Assembly: GCA_002189035.1 (NCBI GenBank)
Contig: NEEC01000377.1
Location: 1 to 27,093 of the forward strand
Source: Utricularia gibba
Lineage: Eukaryota > Plantae > Magnoliophyta
Length of the DNA: 27,093 nucleotides
Direction: 5' to 3'
The position numbers and the translations under genes were made by a program. Positions within the stretch are counted from its first letter, which is position 1. Every line of letters begins with the position of its first letter. Positions 1-14,224 of this stretch are shown in pieces. The notes below the pieces were generated by a model. It saw only the letters and a program-made list of their open reading frames with translations, was not told where the DNA came from and made no database searches.

Positions 1-1552
1 ATCGATTTGCATCAGTTTGACCTCATGAGCCATAAAGAATCGGGGCAAGGACCAAGTTCCTAGCGAGACTGGCCGCCACAAACGAGAAGCTGTTCCTTGA
101 AAAACCATGTAGGCAACACCGAAAACCGAACGTTAATAAATACATCACTTTCTTTGCCGGGCTACAACTTACTTTGGGCCAAGGCCTAAGCTGATCTTTT
201 TCCGGTTCCAAGTGCCCCAAAGACCGCCTCTCAAGTATAAAGTAAGTTGTTGAAAAAAATCATGTGGGGTGCACGTGACATCATAATTTAAACAAATGCA
301 TCATTTTTTTAATCGATTTGCATCCAGTTGACCTCATGAGCCATACAGAATCGGGGTCAAGGACCAAGTTCCCAGCGAGACTGGCCGCCACAAACGAGAA
401 GCGGTTCCTTGAAAAACCATGTAGGCAGCCCCGAAAACCGAACGATAATAAATACATCACTTTATTTGCCGGACTACAACTAACTTCGGCAAGCCAAACT
501 TACCTTTGTCCCGTTCCAGGTGCACCCAAAGACCGCCTGCTCAAGTATAAAGTAAGTTGTTGAAAAAATCATGTGGGGTGCACGTGATATCGCAATTTAA
601 ACAAATGCAACATTGTATTCATCGATTTGCATCCTTTTGTCCTCATGAGCCATAAAGAATCGCGGCCGGACCAAGTTCCTAGCGAGACTGGCCGCCACAA
701 AGAGAAGCTGTTCCTTGAAAAACCATGTAGGCAACACCGAAAACCGAACGTTAATAAATACATCACTTTCTTTGCCGGGCTACAACTTACTTTGGGCAAG
801 GCCTAAGCTGATTTTTTCCGGTTCCAAGTGCACCCAAAGACCGCCTCTCAAGTATAAAGTAAGTTGTTGAAAAAATCATGTGGGGTGCACGTGACATCAT
901 AATTTAAACAAATGCATCATTTTTTTTTAATCGATTTGCATCCAGTTGACCTCATGAGCCATACAGAATCGGGGTCAAGGACCAAGTTCCCAGCGAGACT
1001 GGCCGCCACAAAACGAGAAGCGGTTCCTTGAAAAACCATGTAGGCAGCCCCCCGAAAACCGAACGATAATAAATACATCACTTTATTTGCCGGACTACAA
1101 CTAACTTTGGCAAGCCAAAGCTGACCTTTTCCCGTTCCAAGTGCACCCAAGACCGCCTGCTCAAGTATAAAGTAAGTTGTTGAAAAAATCATGTGGGGTG
1201 CACGTGATATCGCAATTTAAACAAATGCAACATTGTATTCATCGATTTGCATCCTTTTGTCCTCATGAGCCATAAAGAATCGCGGGCCCGGACCAAGTTC
1301 CTAGCGAGACTGGCCGCCACAAAACGAGAAGCTGTTCCTTGAAAAACCATGTAGGCAACACCGAAAACCGAACGTTAATAAATACATCACTTTCTTTGCC
1401 GGGCTACAACTTACTTTGGGCCAAGGCCTAAGCTGACTTTTCCGGTTCCAAGTGCCCCCCAAGACCGCCTTCTCAAGTATAAAGTAAGTTGTTAAAAAAA
1501 TCATGTGGGGTGCACGTGACATCAAAATTTAAACAAATGCATCATTTTTTTA

Positions 1553-1864
1553 ATCGATTTGCATCCAGTTGACCTCATGAGCCATACAGAATCGGGGTCA
1601 AGGACCAAGTTCCCAGCGAGACTGGCCGCCACAAAACGAGAAGCGGTTCCTTGAAAAACCATGTAGGCAGCCCCGAAAACCGAACGATAATAAATACATC
1701 ACTTTTTGCCGGGCTACAACTTACTTTGGGCCAAGGCCTAAGCTGATCTTTTTCCGGTTCCAAGTGCCCCCAAGACCGCCTCCTCAAGTATAAAGTAAGT
1801 TGTTGAAAAAATCATGTGGGGTGCACGTGACATCGTAATTTAAACAAATGCATCATTTTTTTTA
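1553..1864 (+). repeat. Chimeric X-head/Y-tail monomer (phase break)
   Basis: X diagnostics up to GATAAT (~1687), then Y diagnostics (GGGCTAC, GGCCAAGGCCTAAG, GACATCGTA, T-tract); followed by another X. Confidence 0.8.
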
Positions 1865-3723
1865 ATCGATTTGCATCCAGTTGACCTCATGAGCCATAGA
1901 ATCGGGTCAAGGACCAAGTTCCAGCGAGACTGGCCGCCACAAAACGAGAAGGTTCCTTGAAAAACCATGTAGGCACCCGAAAACCGAACGATAATAAATA
2001 CATCACTTTATTTTGCCGGACTACAACTAACTCTCGGCAAGCCAAACCTTACCTTTGTCCCGTTCCAGGTGCACCCAAAGACCGCCTGCTCAAGTATAAA
2101 GTAAGTTGTTGAAAAAATCATGTGGGGTGCACGTGATATCGCAATTTAAACAAATGCAACATTGTATTCATCGATTTGCATCCTTTTGTCCTCATGAGCC
2201 ATAAAGAATCGCGGCCCGGACCAAGTTCCTAGCGAGACTGGCCGCCACAAAACGAGAAGCTGTTCCTTGAAAAACCATGTAGGCAACACCGAAAACCGAA
2301 CGTTAATAAATACATCACTTTCTTTGCCGGGCTACAACTTACTTTGGGCCAAGGCCTAAGCTGATCTTTTTCCGGTTCCAAGTGCCCCCAAGACCGCCTC
2401 CTCATGTATAAAGTATGTTGTTAAAAAAATCATGTGGGGTGCACGTGACATCGTAATTTAAACAAATGCATCATTTTTTTTAATCGATTTGCATCCAGTT
2501 GACCTCATGAGCCATACAGAATCGGGGTCAAGGACCAAGTTCCCAGCGAGACTGGCCGCCACAAAACGAGAAGCGGTTCCTTGAAAAACCATGTAGGCAG
2601 CCCCGAAAACCGAACGATAATAAATACATCACTTTATTTGCCGGACTACAACTTACTTTGGGCAAGGCCTAAGCTGACTTTTTCCGTTCCAAGTGCCCCC
2701 AAGACCGCCTCCTCATGTATAAAGTAAGTTGTTGAAAAAATCATGTGGGGTGCACGTGATATCGCAATTTAAACAAATGCAACATTGTATTCATCGATTT
2801 GCATCCTTTTGTCCTCATGAGCCATAAAGAATCGCGGGCCCGGACCAAGTTCCTAGCGAGACTGGCCGCCACAAACGAGAAGCTGTTCCTTGAAAAACCA
2901 TGTAGGCAACACCGAAAACCGAACGTTAATAAATACATCACTTTCTTTGCCGGGCTACAACTTACTTTGGGCCAAGGCCTAAGCTGACCTTTTTCCGGTT
3001 CCAAGTGCCCCCAAAGACCGCCTCTCATGTATAAAGTATGTTGTTAAAAAAAATCATGTGGGGTGCACGTGACATCGTAATTTAAACAAATGCATCATTT
3101 TTTTTAATCGATTTGCATCCAGTTGACCTCATGAGCCATACAGAATCGGGGTCAAGGACCAAGTTCCCAGCGAGACTGGCCGCCACAAAACGAGAAGCGG
3201 TTCCTTGAAAAACCATGTAGGCAGCCCCGAAAACCGAACGATAATAAATACATCACTTTATTTGCCGGACTACAACTAACTCTCGGCAAGCCAAGCTTAC
3301 CTTTGTCCCGTTCCAACCCAAAGACCGCCTGCTCAAGTATAAAGTAAGTTGTTGAAAAAATCATGTGGGGTGCACGTGATCGCAATTTAAACAAATGCAA
3401 CATTGTATTCATCGATTTGCATCCTTTTGTCCTCATGAGCCATAAAGAATCGCGGGCCCGGACCAAGTTCCTAGCGAGACTGGCCGCCACAAAACGAGAA
3501 GCTGTTCCTTGAAAAACCATGTAGGCAACACCGAAAACCGAACGTAAATAAATACATCACTTTCTTTGCCGGGCTACAACTTACTTTGGGCCAAGGCCTA
3601 AGCTGATCTTTTTCCGGTTCCAAGTGCCCCAAAGACCGCCTCTCAAGTATAAAGTAAGTTGTTGAAAAAATCATGTGGGGTGCACGTGATATCGCAATTT
3701 AAACAAATGCATCATTTTTTTTA

Positions 3724-4032
3724 ATCGATTTGCATCAGTTGACCTCATGAGCCATACAGAATCGGGGTCAAGGACCAAGTTCCCAGCGAGACTGGCCGCC
3801 ACAAAACGAGAAGCGTTCCTTGAAAAACCATGTAGGCAACACCGAAAACCGAACGTTAATAAATACATCACTTTCTTTGCCGGGCTACAACTTTTTGGGC
3901 CAAGGCCTAAGCTGACTTTTTCCGGTTCCAAGTGCACCCAAAGACCGCCTTCTCAAGTATAAAGTAAGTTGTTGAAAAAATCATGTGGGGTGCACGTGAC
4001 ATCATAATTTAAACAAATGCATCATTTTTTTA
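3724..4032 (+). repeat. Chimeric X-head/Y-tail monomer (phase break)
   Basis: X head (ATACAG, GGGGTCAAGG, CCCAGC), then Y from GCAACACC (~3835); followed by an X-headed unit. Confidence 0.8.
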
Positions 4033-5892
4033 ATCGATTTGCATCCAGTTTGACCTCATGAGCCATACAGAATCGGGGCAAGGACCAAGTTCCCAGCGAG
4101 ACTGGCCGCCAAAAAGAGAAGCTGTTCCTTGAAAAACCATGTAGGCAGCCCGAAAACCGAACGATAATAAATACATCACTTTATTTGCCGGACTACAACT
4201 AACTTTGGCAAGCCAAGCTGACTTTTCCGTTCCAAGTGCACCAAAGACCGCCTCTCAAGTATAAAGTAAGTTGTTGAAAAAATCATGTGGGGTGCACGTG
4301 ATATCGCAATTTAAACAAATGCATCATTGTATTCATCGATTTGCATCCTTTGTCCTCATGAGCCATAAAGAATCGCGGCCCGGACCAAGTTCCTAGCGAG
4401 ACTGGCCGCCACAAAACGAGAAGCTGTTCCTTGAAAAACCATGTAGGCAACACCGAAACCGAACGTTAATAAATACATCACTTTCTTTGCCGGGCTACAA
4501 CTTACTTTGGGCCAAGGCCTAAGCTGACCTTTTTCCGGTTCCAAGTGCCCCCAAGACCGCCTCCTCAAGTATAAAGTAAGTTGTTAAAAAAATCATGTGG
4601 GGTGCACGTGACATCGTAATTTAAACAAATGCATCATTTTTTTTAATCGATTTGCATCCAGTTGACCTCATGAGCCATACAGAATCGGGGTCAAGGACCA
4701 AGTTCCCAGCGAGACTGGCCGCCACAAAACGAGAAGCGGTTCCTTGAAAAACCATGTAGGCAGCCCCGAAAACCGAACGATAATAAATACATCACTTTAT
4801 TTGCCGGACTACAACTTACTTTGGGCCAAGGCCTAAGCTGATCTTTTCCGTTCCAAGTGCCCCAAGACCGCCTCCTCATGTATAAAGTAAGTTGTTGAAA
4901 AAATCATGTGGGGTGCACGTGATATCGCAATTTAAACAAATGCAACATTGTATTCATCGATTTGCATCCTTTTGTCCTCATGAGCCATAAAGAATCGCGG
5001 CCCGGACCAAGTTCCTAGCGAGACTGGCCGCCACAAAACGAGAAGCTGTTCCTTGAAAAACCATGTAGGCAACACCGAAAACCGAACGTTAATAAATACA
5101 TCACTTTCTTTGCCGGGCTACAACTTACTTTGGGCCAAGGCCTAAGCTGACCTTTTTCCGGTTCCAAGTGCCCCCCAAGACCGCCTCCTCATGTATAAAG
5201 TATGTTGTTAAAAAAATCATGTGGGGTGCACGTGACATCGTAATTTAAACAAATGCATCATTTTTTTTAATCGATTTGCATCCAGTTGACCTCATGAGCC
5301 ATACAGAATCGGGGTCAAGGACCAAGTTCCCAGCGAGACTGGCCGCCACAAAACGAGAAGCGGTTCCTTGAAAAACCATGTAGGCAGCCCCGAAAACCGA
5401 ACGATAATAAATACATCACTTTATTTGCCGGACTACAACTAACTCTCGGGCAAGCCAAACCTTACCTTTTCCGTTCCAAGTGCACCCAAAGACCGCCTGC
5501 TCAAGTATAAAGTAAGTTGTTGAAAAAATCATGTGGGGTGCACGTGATATCGCAATTTAAACAAATGCAACATTGTATTCATCGATTTGCATCCTTTTGT
5601 CCTCATGAGCCATAAAGAATCGCGGGCCGGACCAAGTTCCTAGCGAGACTGGCCGCCACAAAACGAGAAGCTGTTCCTTGAAAAACCATGTAGGCAACAC
5701 GAAAACCGAACGTTAATAAATACATCACTTTCTTTGCCGGGCTACAACTTACTTTGGGCCAAGGCCTAAGCTGATCTTTTTCCGGTTCCAAGTGCACCCA
5801 AAGACCGCCTCTCAAGTATAAAGTAAGTTGTTGAAAAAATCATGTGGGGTGCACGTGACATCGCAAATTTAAACAAATGCATCATTTTTTTA

Positions 5893-6510
5893 ATCGATTT
5901 GCATCAGTTGACCTCATGAGCCATACAGAATCGGGGTCAAGGACCAAGTTCCCAGCGAGACTGGCCGCCACAAAACGAGAAGCGTTCCTTGAAAAACCAT
6001 GTAGGCAGCAGAAACCGAACGTTAATAAATACATCACTTTCTTTGCCGGGCTACAACTTACTTTGGGCCAGGCCTAAGCTGACTTTTCCGGTTCCAAGTG
6101 CACCCAAAGACCGCCTCTCAAGTATAAAGTAAGTTGTTGAAAAAATCATGTGGGGTGCACGTGATATCGCAATTTAAACAAATGCATCATTTTTTTTAAT
6201 CGATTTGCATCCAGTTGACCTCATGAGCCATACAGAATCGGGGCAAGGACCAAGTTCCCAGCGAGACTGGCCGCCACAAAACGAGAAGCTGTTCCTTGAA
6301 AAACCATGTAGGCAACACCGAAAACCGAACGTTAATAAATACATCACTTTCTTTGCCGGGCTACAACTTACTTTGGGCCAAGGCCTAAGCTGATCTTTTT
6401 CCGGTTCCAAGTGCACCCAAAGACCGCCTCTCAAGTATAAAGTAAGTTGTTAAAAAATCATGTGGGGTGCACGTGACATCATAATTTAAACAAATGCATC
6501 ATTTTTTTTA
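5893..6510 (+). repeat. Two consecutive chimeric X-head/Y-tail monomers
   Basis: Units at 5893 and 6199 both have X heads and Y bodies (GTTAAT, TTTCTTT, GGGCTAC), followed by X at 6511. Confidence 0.8.
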
Positions 6511-9500
6511 ATCGATTTGCATCCAGTTGACCTCATGAGCCATACAGAATCGGGGTCAAGGACCAAGTTCCCAGCGAGACTGGCCGCCACAAAACGAGAA
6601 GCGGTTCCTTGAAAAACCATGTAGGCAGCCCCGAAAACCGAACGATAATAAATACATCACTTTATTTGCCGGACTACAACTAACTTGGCAAGCCAAAGCT
6701 GACCTTTTCCGTTCCAAGTGCACCCAAAGACCGCCTCCTCAAGTATAAAGTAAGTTGTTGAAAAAATCATGTGGGGTGCACGTGATATCGCAATTTAAAA
6801 CAAATGCAACATTGTATTCATCGATTTGCATCCTTTTGTCCTCATGAGCCATAAAGAATCGCGGGCCCGGACCAAGTTCCTAGCGAGACTGGCCGCCACA
6901 AAACGAGAAGCTGTTCCTTGAAAAACCATGTAGGCAACACCGAAAACCGAACGTTAATAAATACATCACTTTCTTTGCCGGGCTACAACTTACTTTGGGC
7001 CAAGGCCTAAGCTGACCTTTTTCCGGTTCCAAGTGCCCCCAAAGACCGCCTCCTCATGTATAAAGTATGTTGTTAAAAAAATCATGTGGGGTGCACGTGA
7101 CATCGTAATTTAAACAAATGCATCATTTTTTTAATCGATTTGCATCCAGTTGACCTCATGAGCCATACAGAATCGGGGTCAAGGACCAAGTTCCCAGCGA
7201 GACTGGCCGCCACAAAACGAGAAGCGGTTCCTTGAAAAACCATGTAGGCAGCCCCGAAAACCGAACGATAATAAATACATCACTTTATTTGCCGGACTAC
7301 AACTTACTTTGGGCAAGGCCTAAGCTGATCTTTTCCGTTCCAAGTGCCCCAAAGACCGCCTCCTCAAGTATAAAGTAAGTTGTTGAAAAAATCATGTGGG
7401 TGCACGTGATATCGCAATTTAAACAAATGCAACATTGTATTCATCGATTTGCATCCTTTTGTCCTCATGAGCCATAAAGAATCGCGGGCCCGGACCAAGT
7501 TCCTAGCGAGACTGGCCGCCACAAAACGAGAAGCTGTTCCTTGAAAAACCATGTAGGCAACACCGAAAACCGAACGTTAATAAATACATCACTTTCTTTG
7601 CCGGGCTACAACTTACTTTGGGCCAAGGCCTAAGCTGACCTTTTTCCGGTTCCAAGTGCCCCCCAAGACCGCCTCCTCATGTATAAAGTATGTTGTTAAA
7701 AAATCATGTGGGGTGCACGTGACATCGTAATTTAAAAAAATGCATCATTTTTTTTAATCGATTTGCATCCAGTTGACCTCATGAGCCATACAGAATCGGG
7801 GTCAAGGACCAAGTTCCAGCGAGACTGGCCGCCACAAAACGAGAAGCGGTTCCTTGAAAAACCATGTAGGCAGCCCCCGAAAACCGAACGATAATAAATA
7901 CATCACTTTATTTGCCGGACTACAACTAACTTCGGCAAGCTGATCTTTCCCGTTCCAAGTGCACCCAAAGACCGCCTCTCAAGTATAAAGTAAGTTGTTG
8001 AAAAAATCATGTGGGGTGCACGTGATATCGCAATTTAAACAAATGCAACATTGTATTCATCGATTTGCATCCTTTTGTCCTCATGAGCCATAAAGAATCG
8101 CGGGCCCGGACCAAGTTCCTAGCGAGACTGGCCGCCACAAAACGAGAAGCTGTTCCTTGAAAAACCATGTAGGCAACACCGAAAACCGAACGTTAATAAA
8201 TACATCACTTTCTTTGCCGGGCTACAACTTACTTTGGGCCAAGGCCTAAGCTGATCTTTTTCCGGTTCCAAGTGCACCCAAAGACCGCCTCTCAAGTATA
8301 AAGTATTTGTTGAAAAAATCATGTGGGGTGCACGTGACATCGCAATTTAAACAAATGCATCATTTTTTTTAATCGATTTGCATCCAGTTGACCTCATGAG
8401 CCATACAGAATCGGGGTCAAGGACCAAGTTCCCAGCGAGACTGGCCGCCACAAAACGAGAAGCGTTCCTTGAAAAACCATGTAGGCAACCCGAAAACCGA
8501 ACGATAATAAATACATCACTTTATTTGCCGGACTACAACTTACTTTGGGCAAGGCCTAAGCTGACTTTTCCGTTCCAAGTGCACCCAAAGACCGCCTTCT
8601 CAAGTATAAAGTAAGTTGTTGAAAAAATCATGTGGGGTGCACGTGATATCGCAATTTAAACAAATGCACATTTTTTTTTCGATTTGCATCCTTTTGTCCT
8701 CATGAGCCATAAGAATCGGGGCAAGGACCAAGTTCCCAGCGAGACTGGCCGCCACAAAACGAGAAGCTGTTCCTTGAAAAACCATGTAGGCAACACCGAA
8801 AACCGAACGTTAATAAATACATCACTTTCTTTGCCGGGCTACAACTTACTTTGGGCCAAGGCCTAAGCTGATCTTTTTCCGGTTCCAAGTGCCCCAAAGA
8901 CCGCCTCTCAAGTATAAAGTATTGTTGAAAAAATCATGTGGGTGCACGTGACATCGTAATTTAAACAAATGCATCATTTTTTTTAATCGATTTGCATCCA
9001 GTTGACCTCATGAGCCATACAGAATCGGGGTCAAGGACCAAGTTCCCAGCGAGACTGGCCGCCACAAAACGAGAAGCGGTTCCTTGAAAAACCATGTAGG
9101 CAGCCCCGAAAACCGAACGATAATAAATACATCACTTTATTTGCCGGACTACAACTACTTCGGCAAGCCAAACCTTACCTTTGTCCCGTTCCAGGTGCAC
9201 CCAAAGACCGCCTGCTCAAGTATAAAGTAAGTTGTTGAAAAAATCATGTGGGGTGCACGTGATATCGCAATTTAAACAAATGCAACATTGTATTCATCGA
9301 TTTGCATCCTTTTGTCCTCATGAGCCATAAAGAATCGCGGGCCCGGACCAAGTTCCTAGCGAGACTGGCCGCCACAAAACGAGAAGCTGTTCCTTGAAAA
9401 ACCATGTAGGCAACACCGAAAACCGAACGTTAATAAATACATCACTTTCTTTGCCGGGCTACAACTTACTTTGGGCCAAGGCCTAAGCTGACCTTTTTCC

Positions 9501-10854
9501 GGTTCCAAGTGCCCCCAAGACCGCCCCTCATGTATAAAGTATGTTGTTAAAAAAATCATGTGGGGTGCACGTGACATCGTAATTTAAACAAATGCATCAT
9601 TTTTTTTAATCGATTTGCATCCAGTTGACCTCATGAGCCATACAGAATCGGGGTCAAGGACCAAGTTCCCAGCGAGACTGGCCGCCACAAAACGAGAAGC
9701 GTTCCTTGAAAAACCATGTAGGCAGCCCCCGAAAACCGAACGATAATAAATACATCACTTTATTTGCCGGACTACAACTTACTTTGGGCCAAGCCTAAGC
9801 TGATCTTTTTCCGTTCCAGTGCCCCCCAAGACCGCTCCTCAAGTATAAAGTAAGTTGTTGAAAAAATCATGTGGGGTGCACGTGATATCGCAATTTAAAC
9901 AAATGCAACATTGTATTCATCGATTTGCATCCTTTTGTCCTCATGAGCCATAAAGAATCGCGGGCCCGGACCAAGTTCCTAGCGAGACTGGCCGCCACAA
10001 AACGAGAAGCTGTTCCTTGAAAAACCATGTAGGCAACACCGAAAACCGAACGTTAATAATACATCACTTTCTTTGCCGGGCTACAACTTACTTTGGGCCA
10101 AGGCCTAAGCTGACCTTTTTCCGGTTCCAAGTGCCCCCAAGACCGCCTCCTCATGTAAAAGTATGTTGTTAAAAAAATCATGTGGGGTGCACGTGACATC
10201 GTAATTTAAACAAATGCATCATTTTTTTTAATCGATTTGCATCCAGTTGACCTCATGAGCCATACAGAATCGGGGTCAAGGACCAAGTTCCCAGCGAGAC
10301 TGGCCGCCACAAAACGAGAAGCGGTTCCTTGAAAAACCATGTAGGCAGCCCCCGAAAACCGAACGATAATAAATACATCACTTTATTTGCCGGACTACAA
10401 CTAACTCTCGGCAAGCCAAACTTACCTTTGTCCCGTTCCAAGTGCACCCAAAGACCGCCTGCTCAAGTATAAAGTAAGTTGTTGAAAAAATCATGTGGGT
10501 GCACGTGATATCGCAATTTAAACAAATGCAACATTGTATTCATCGATTTGCATCCTTTTGTCCTCATGAGCCATAAAGAATCGCGGGCCCGGACCAAGTT
10601 CCTAGCGAGACTGGCCGCCACAAAACGAGAAGCTGTTCCTTGAAAAACCATGTAGGCAACACCGAAAACCGAACGTTAATAAATACATCACTTTCTTTGC
10701 CGGGCTACAACTTACTTTGGGCAAGGCCTAAGCTGACTTTTTCCGGTTCCAAGTGCACCCAAAGACCGCCTTCTCAAGTATAAAGTAAGTTGTTGAAAAA
10801 ATCATGTGGGGTGCACGTGACATCGCAATTTAAACAAATGCATCATTTTTTTTA

Positions 10855-11165
10855 ATCGATTTGCATCAGTTGACCTCATGAGCCATACAGAATCGGGGTC
10901 AAGGACCAAGTTCCCAGCGAGACTGGCCGCCAAAACGAGAAGCTGTTCCTTGAAAAACCATGTAGGCAACACCGAAAACCGAACGTTAATAAATACATCA
11001 CTTTCTTTGCCGGGCTACAACTTACTTTGGGCCAAGGCCTAAGCTGATCTTTTTCCGGTTCCAAGTGCACCCAAAGACCGCCTCTCAAGTATAAAGTAAG
11101 TTGTTGAAAAAATCATGTGGGGTGCACGTGACATCGTAATTTAAACAAATGCATCATTTTTTTTA
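10855..11165 (+). repeat. Chimeric X-head/Y-tail monomer (phase break)
   Basis: X head to CCCAGC, Y from GCTGTT onward; followed by X at 11166. Confidence 0.8.
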
Positions 11166-12385
11166 ATCGATTTGCATCCAGTTGACCTCATGAGCCATAC
11201 AGAATCGGGGTCAAGGACCAAGTTCCCAGCGAGACTGGCCGCCACAAAACGAGAAGCGGTTCCTGAAAAACCATGTAGGCAGCCCCGAAAACCGAACGAT
11301 AATAAATACATCACTTTATTTGCCGGACTACAACTTACTTGCAAGCGTTTTCCGTTCCAAGTGCACCCAAAGACCGCCTCTCAAGTATAAAGTAAGTTGT
11401 TGAAAAAATCATGTGGGGTGCACGTGATATCGCAATTTAAACAAATGCAACATTGTATTCATCGATTTGCATCCTTTGTCCTCATGAGCCATAAAGAATC
11501 GCGGCCCGGACCAAGTTCCTAGCGAGACTGGCCGCCACAAAACGAGAAGCTGTTCCTTGAAAAACCATGTAGGCAACACCGAAAACCGAACGTTAATAAA
11601 TACATCACTTTCTTTGCCGGGCTACAACTTACTTTGGGCCAAGGCCTAAGCTGACCTTTTTCCGGTTCCAAGTGCCCCAAGACCGCCTCCTCAAGTATAA
11701 AGTATGTTGTTAAAAAATCATGTGGGGTGCACGTGACATCGTAATTTAAACAAATGCATCATTTTTTTTAATCGATTTGCATCCAGTTGACCTCATGAGC
11801 CATACAGAATCGGGGTCAAGGACCAAGTTCCCAGCGAGACTGGCCGCCACAAAACGAGAAGCGGTTCCTTGAAAAACCATGTAGGCAGCCCGAAAACCGA
11901 ACGATAATAAATACATCACTTTATTTGCCGGCTACAACTTACTTTGGGCCAAGGCCTAAGCTGACTTTTTCCGTTCCAAGTGCCCCCAAACCGCCTCCTC
12001 AAGTATAAAGTAAGTTGTTGAAAAAATCATGTGGGGTGCACGTGATATCGCAATTTAAACAAATGCAACATTGTATTCATCGATTTGCATCCTTTGTCCT
12101 CATGAGCCATAAAGAATCGGGGCCCGGACCAAGTTCCAGCGAGACTGGCCGCCACAAAACGAGAAGCTGTTCCTTGAAAAACCATGTAGGCAACCCGAAA
12201 ACCGAACGTTAATAAATACATCACTTTCTTTGCCGGGCTACAACTTACTTGGGCCAAGGCCTAAGCTGACCTTTTTCCGGTTCCAAGTGCCCCCAAGACC
12301 GCCTCCTCATGTATAAAGTAAGTTGTTAAAAAATCATGTGGGGTGCACGTGACATCGTAATTTAAACAAATGCATCATTTTTTTA

Positions 12386-12693
12386 ATCGATTTGCATCCA
12401 GTTGACCTCATGAGCCATACAGAATCGGGGTCAAGGACCAAGTTCCCAGCGAGACTGGCCGCCACAAAACGAGAAGCGGTTCCTTGAAAAACCATAGGCA
12501 GCCCCGAAAACCGAACGTAATAAATACATCACTTTTTGCCGGGCTACAACTTACTTTGGGCCAAGGCCTAAGCTGATCTTTTTCCGGTTCCAAGTGCACC
12601 CAAAGACCGCCTCTCAAGTATAAAGTAAGTTGTTGAAAAAATCATGTGGGTGCACGTGACATCATAATTTAAACAAATGCATCATTTTTTTTA
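12386..12693 (+). repeat. Chimeric X-head/Y-tail monomer (phase break)
   Basis: X to GCAGCCCC, then Y-type GGGCTAC/GGCCAAGGCCTAAG and T-tract junction; followed by X at 12694. Confidence 0.8.
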
Positions 12694-13928
12694 ATCGATT
12701 TGCATCCAGTTGACCTCATGAGCCATACAGAATCGGGGTCAAGGACCAAGTTCCCAGCGAGACTGGCCGCCACAAAACGAGAAGCGGTTCCTTGAAAAAC
12801 CATGTAGGCAGCCCCCGAAAACCGAACGATAATAAATACATCACTTTATTTGCCGGACTACAACTAACTCTCGGCAAGCCAAACCTTACCTTTGTCCCGT
12901 TCCAGGTGCACCCAAAGACCGCCTGCTCAAGTATAAAGTAAGTTGTTGAAAAAATCATGTGGGGTGCACGTGATATCGCAATTTAAACAAATGCAACATT
13001 GTATTCATCGATTTGCATCCTTTTGTCCTCATGAGCCATAAGAATCGCGGGGGACCAAGTTCCTAGCGAGACTGGCCGCCACAAAACGAGAAGCTGTTCC
13101 TTGAAAAACCATGTAGGCAACACCGAAAACCGAACGTTAATAAATACATCACTTTCTTTGCCGGGCTACAACTTACTTTGGGCCAAGGCCTAAGCTGACC
13201 TTTTTCCGGTTCCAAGTGCCCCCAAGACCGCCTCCTCATGTATAAAGTATGTTGTTAAAAAAATCATGTGGGGTGCACGTGACATCGTAATTTAAACAAA
13301 TGCATCATTTTTTTTAATCGATTTGCATCCAGTTGACCTCATGAGCCATACAGAATCGGGGTCAAGGACCAAGTTCCAGCGAGACTGGCCGCCACAAAAC
13401 GAGAAGCGGCCTTGAAAAACCATGTAGGCAGCCCCCGAAAACCGAACGATAATAAATACATCACTTTATTTGCCGGACTACAACTACTTTGGGCAAGCCA
13501 AGCTGATCTTTTTCCGTTCCAAGTGCCCCAAGACCGCCTCCTCAAGTATAAAGTAAGTTGTTGAAAAAATCATGTGGGGTGCACGTGATATCGCAATTTA
13601 AACAAATGCAACATTGTATTCATCGATTTGCATCCTTTGTCCTCATGAGCCATAAAGAATCGCGGGCCCGGACCAAGTTCCTAGCGAGACTGGCCGCCAC
13701 AAAACGAGAAGCTGTTCCTTGAAAAACCATGTAGGCAACCGAAAACCGAACGTTAATAAATACATCACTTTCTTTGCCGGGCTACAACTTACTTTGGGCC
13801 AAGGCCTAAGCTGACCTTTTTCCGGTTCCAAGTGCCCCAAGACCGCCTCTCATGTATAAAGTAAGTTGTTAAAAAAATCATGTGGGGTGCACGTGACATC
13901 GTAATTTAAACAAATGCATCATTTTTTA

Positions 13929-14224
13929 ATCGATTTGCATCCAGTTGACCTCATGAGCCATAAGAATCGGGGTCAAGGACCAAGTTCCAGCGAGACTGGC
14001 CGCCAAAACGAAGCGGTTCCTTGAAAAACCATGTAGGCAGCCCCCGAAAACCGAACGATAATAAATACATCACTTTATTTGCCGGGCTACAACTTACTTT
14101 GGGCCAAGGCCTAAGCTGACTTTTCCGGTTCCAAGTGCCCCAAAGACCGCCTGTATAAAGTAAGTTGTTGAAAAAATCATGTGGGGTGCACGTGATCATA
14201 ATTTAAACAAATGCATCATTTTTT
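13929..14224 (+). repeat. Chimeric X-head/Y-tail monomer (phase break)
   Basis: X to TTTATTT (~14078), then Y-type GGGCTAC/GGCCAAGGCCTAAG and T-tract junction; followed by an X-headed unit at ~14225. Confidence 0.7.

Larger units (their letters stand above)
312..11770 (+). repeat. Putative 7/8-monomer super-repeat (about five copies, 2.16-2.49 kb)
   Basis: Block starts at 312, 2483, 4646, 7134, 9609 (next at 11771), with spacings 2171, 2163, 2488, 2475, 2162 bp and a similar order of variant monomers in each block. Confidence 0.55.
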
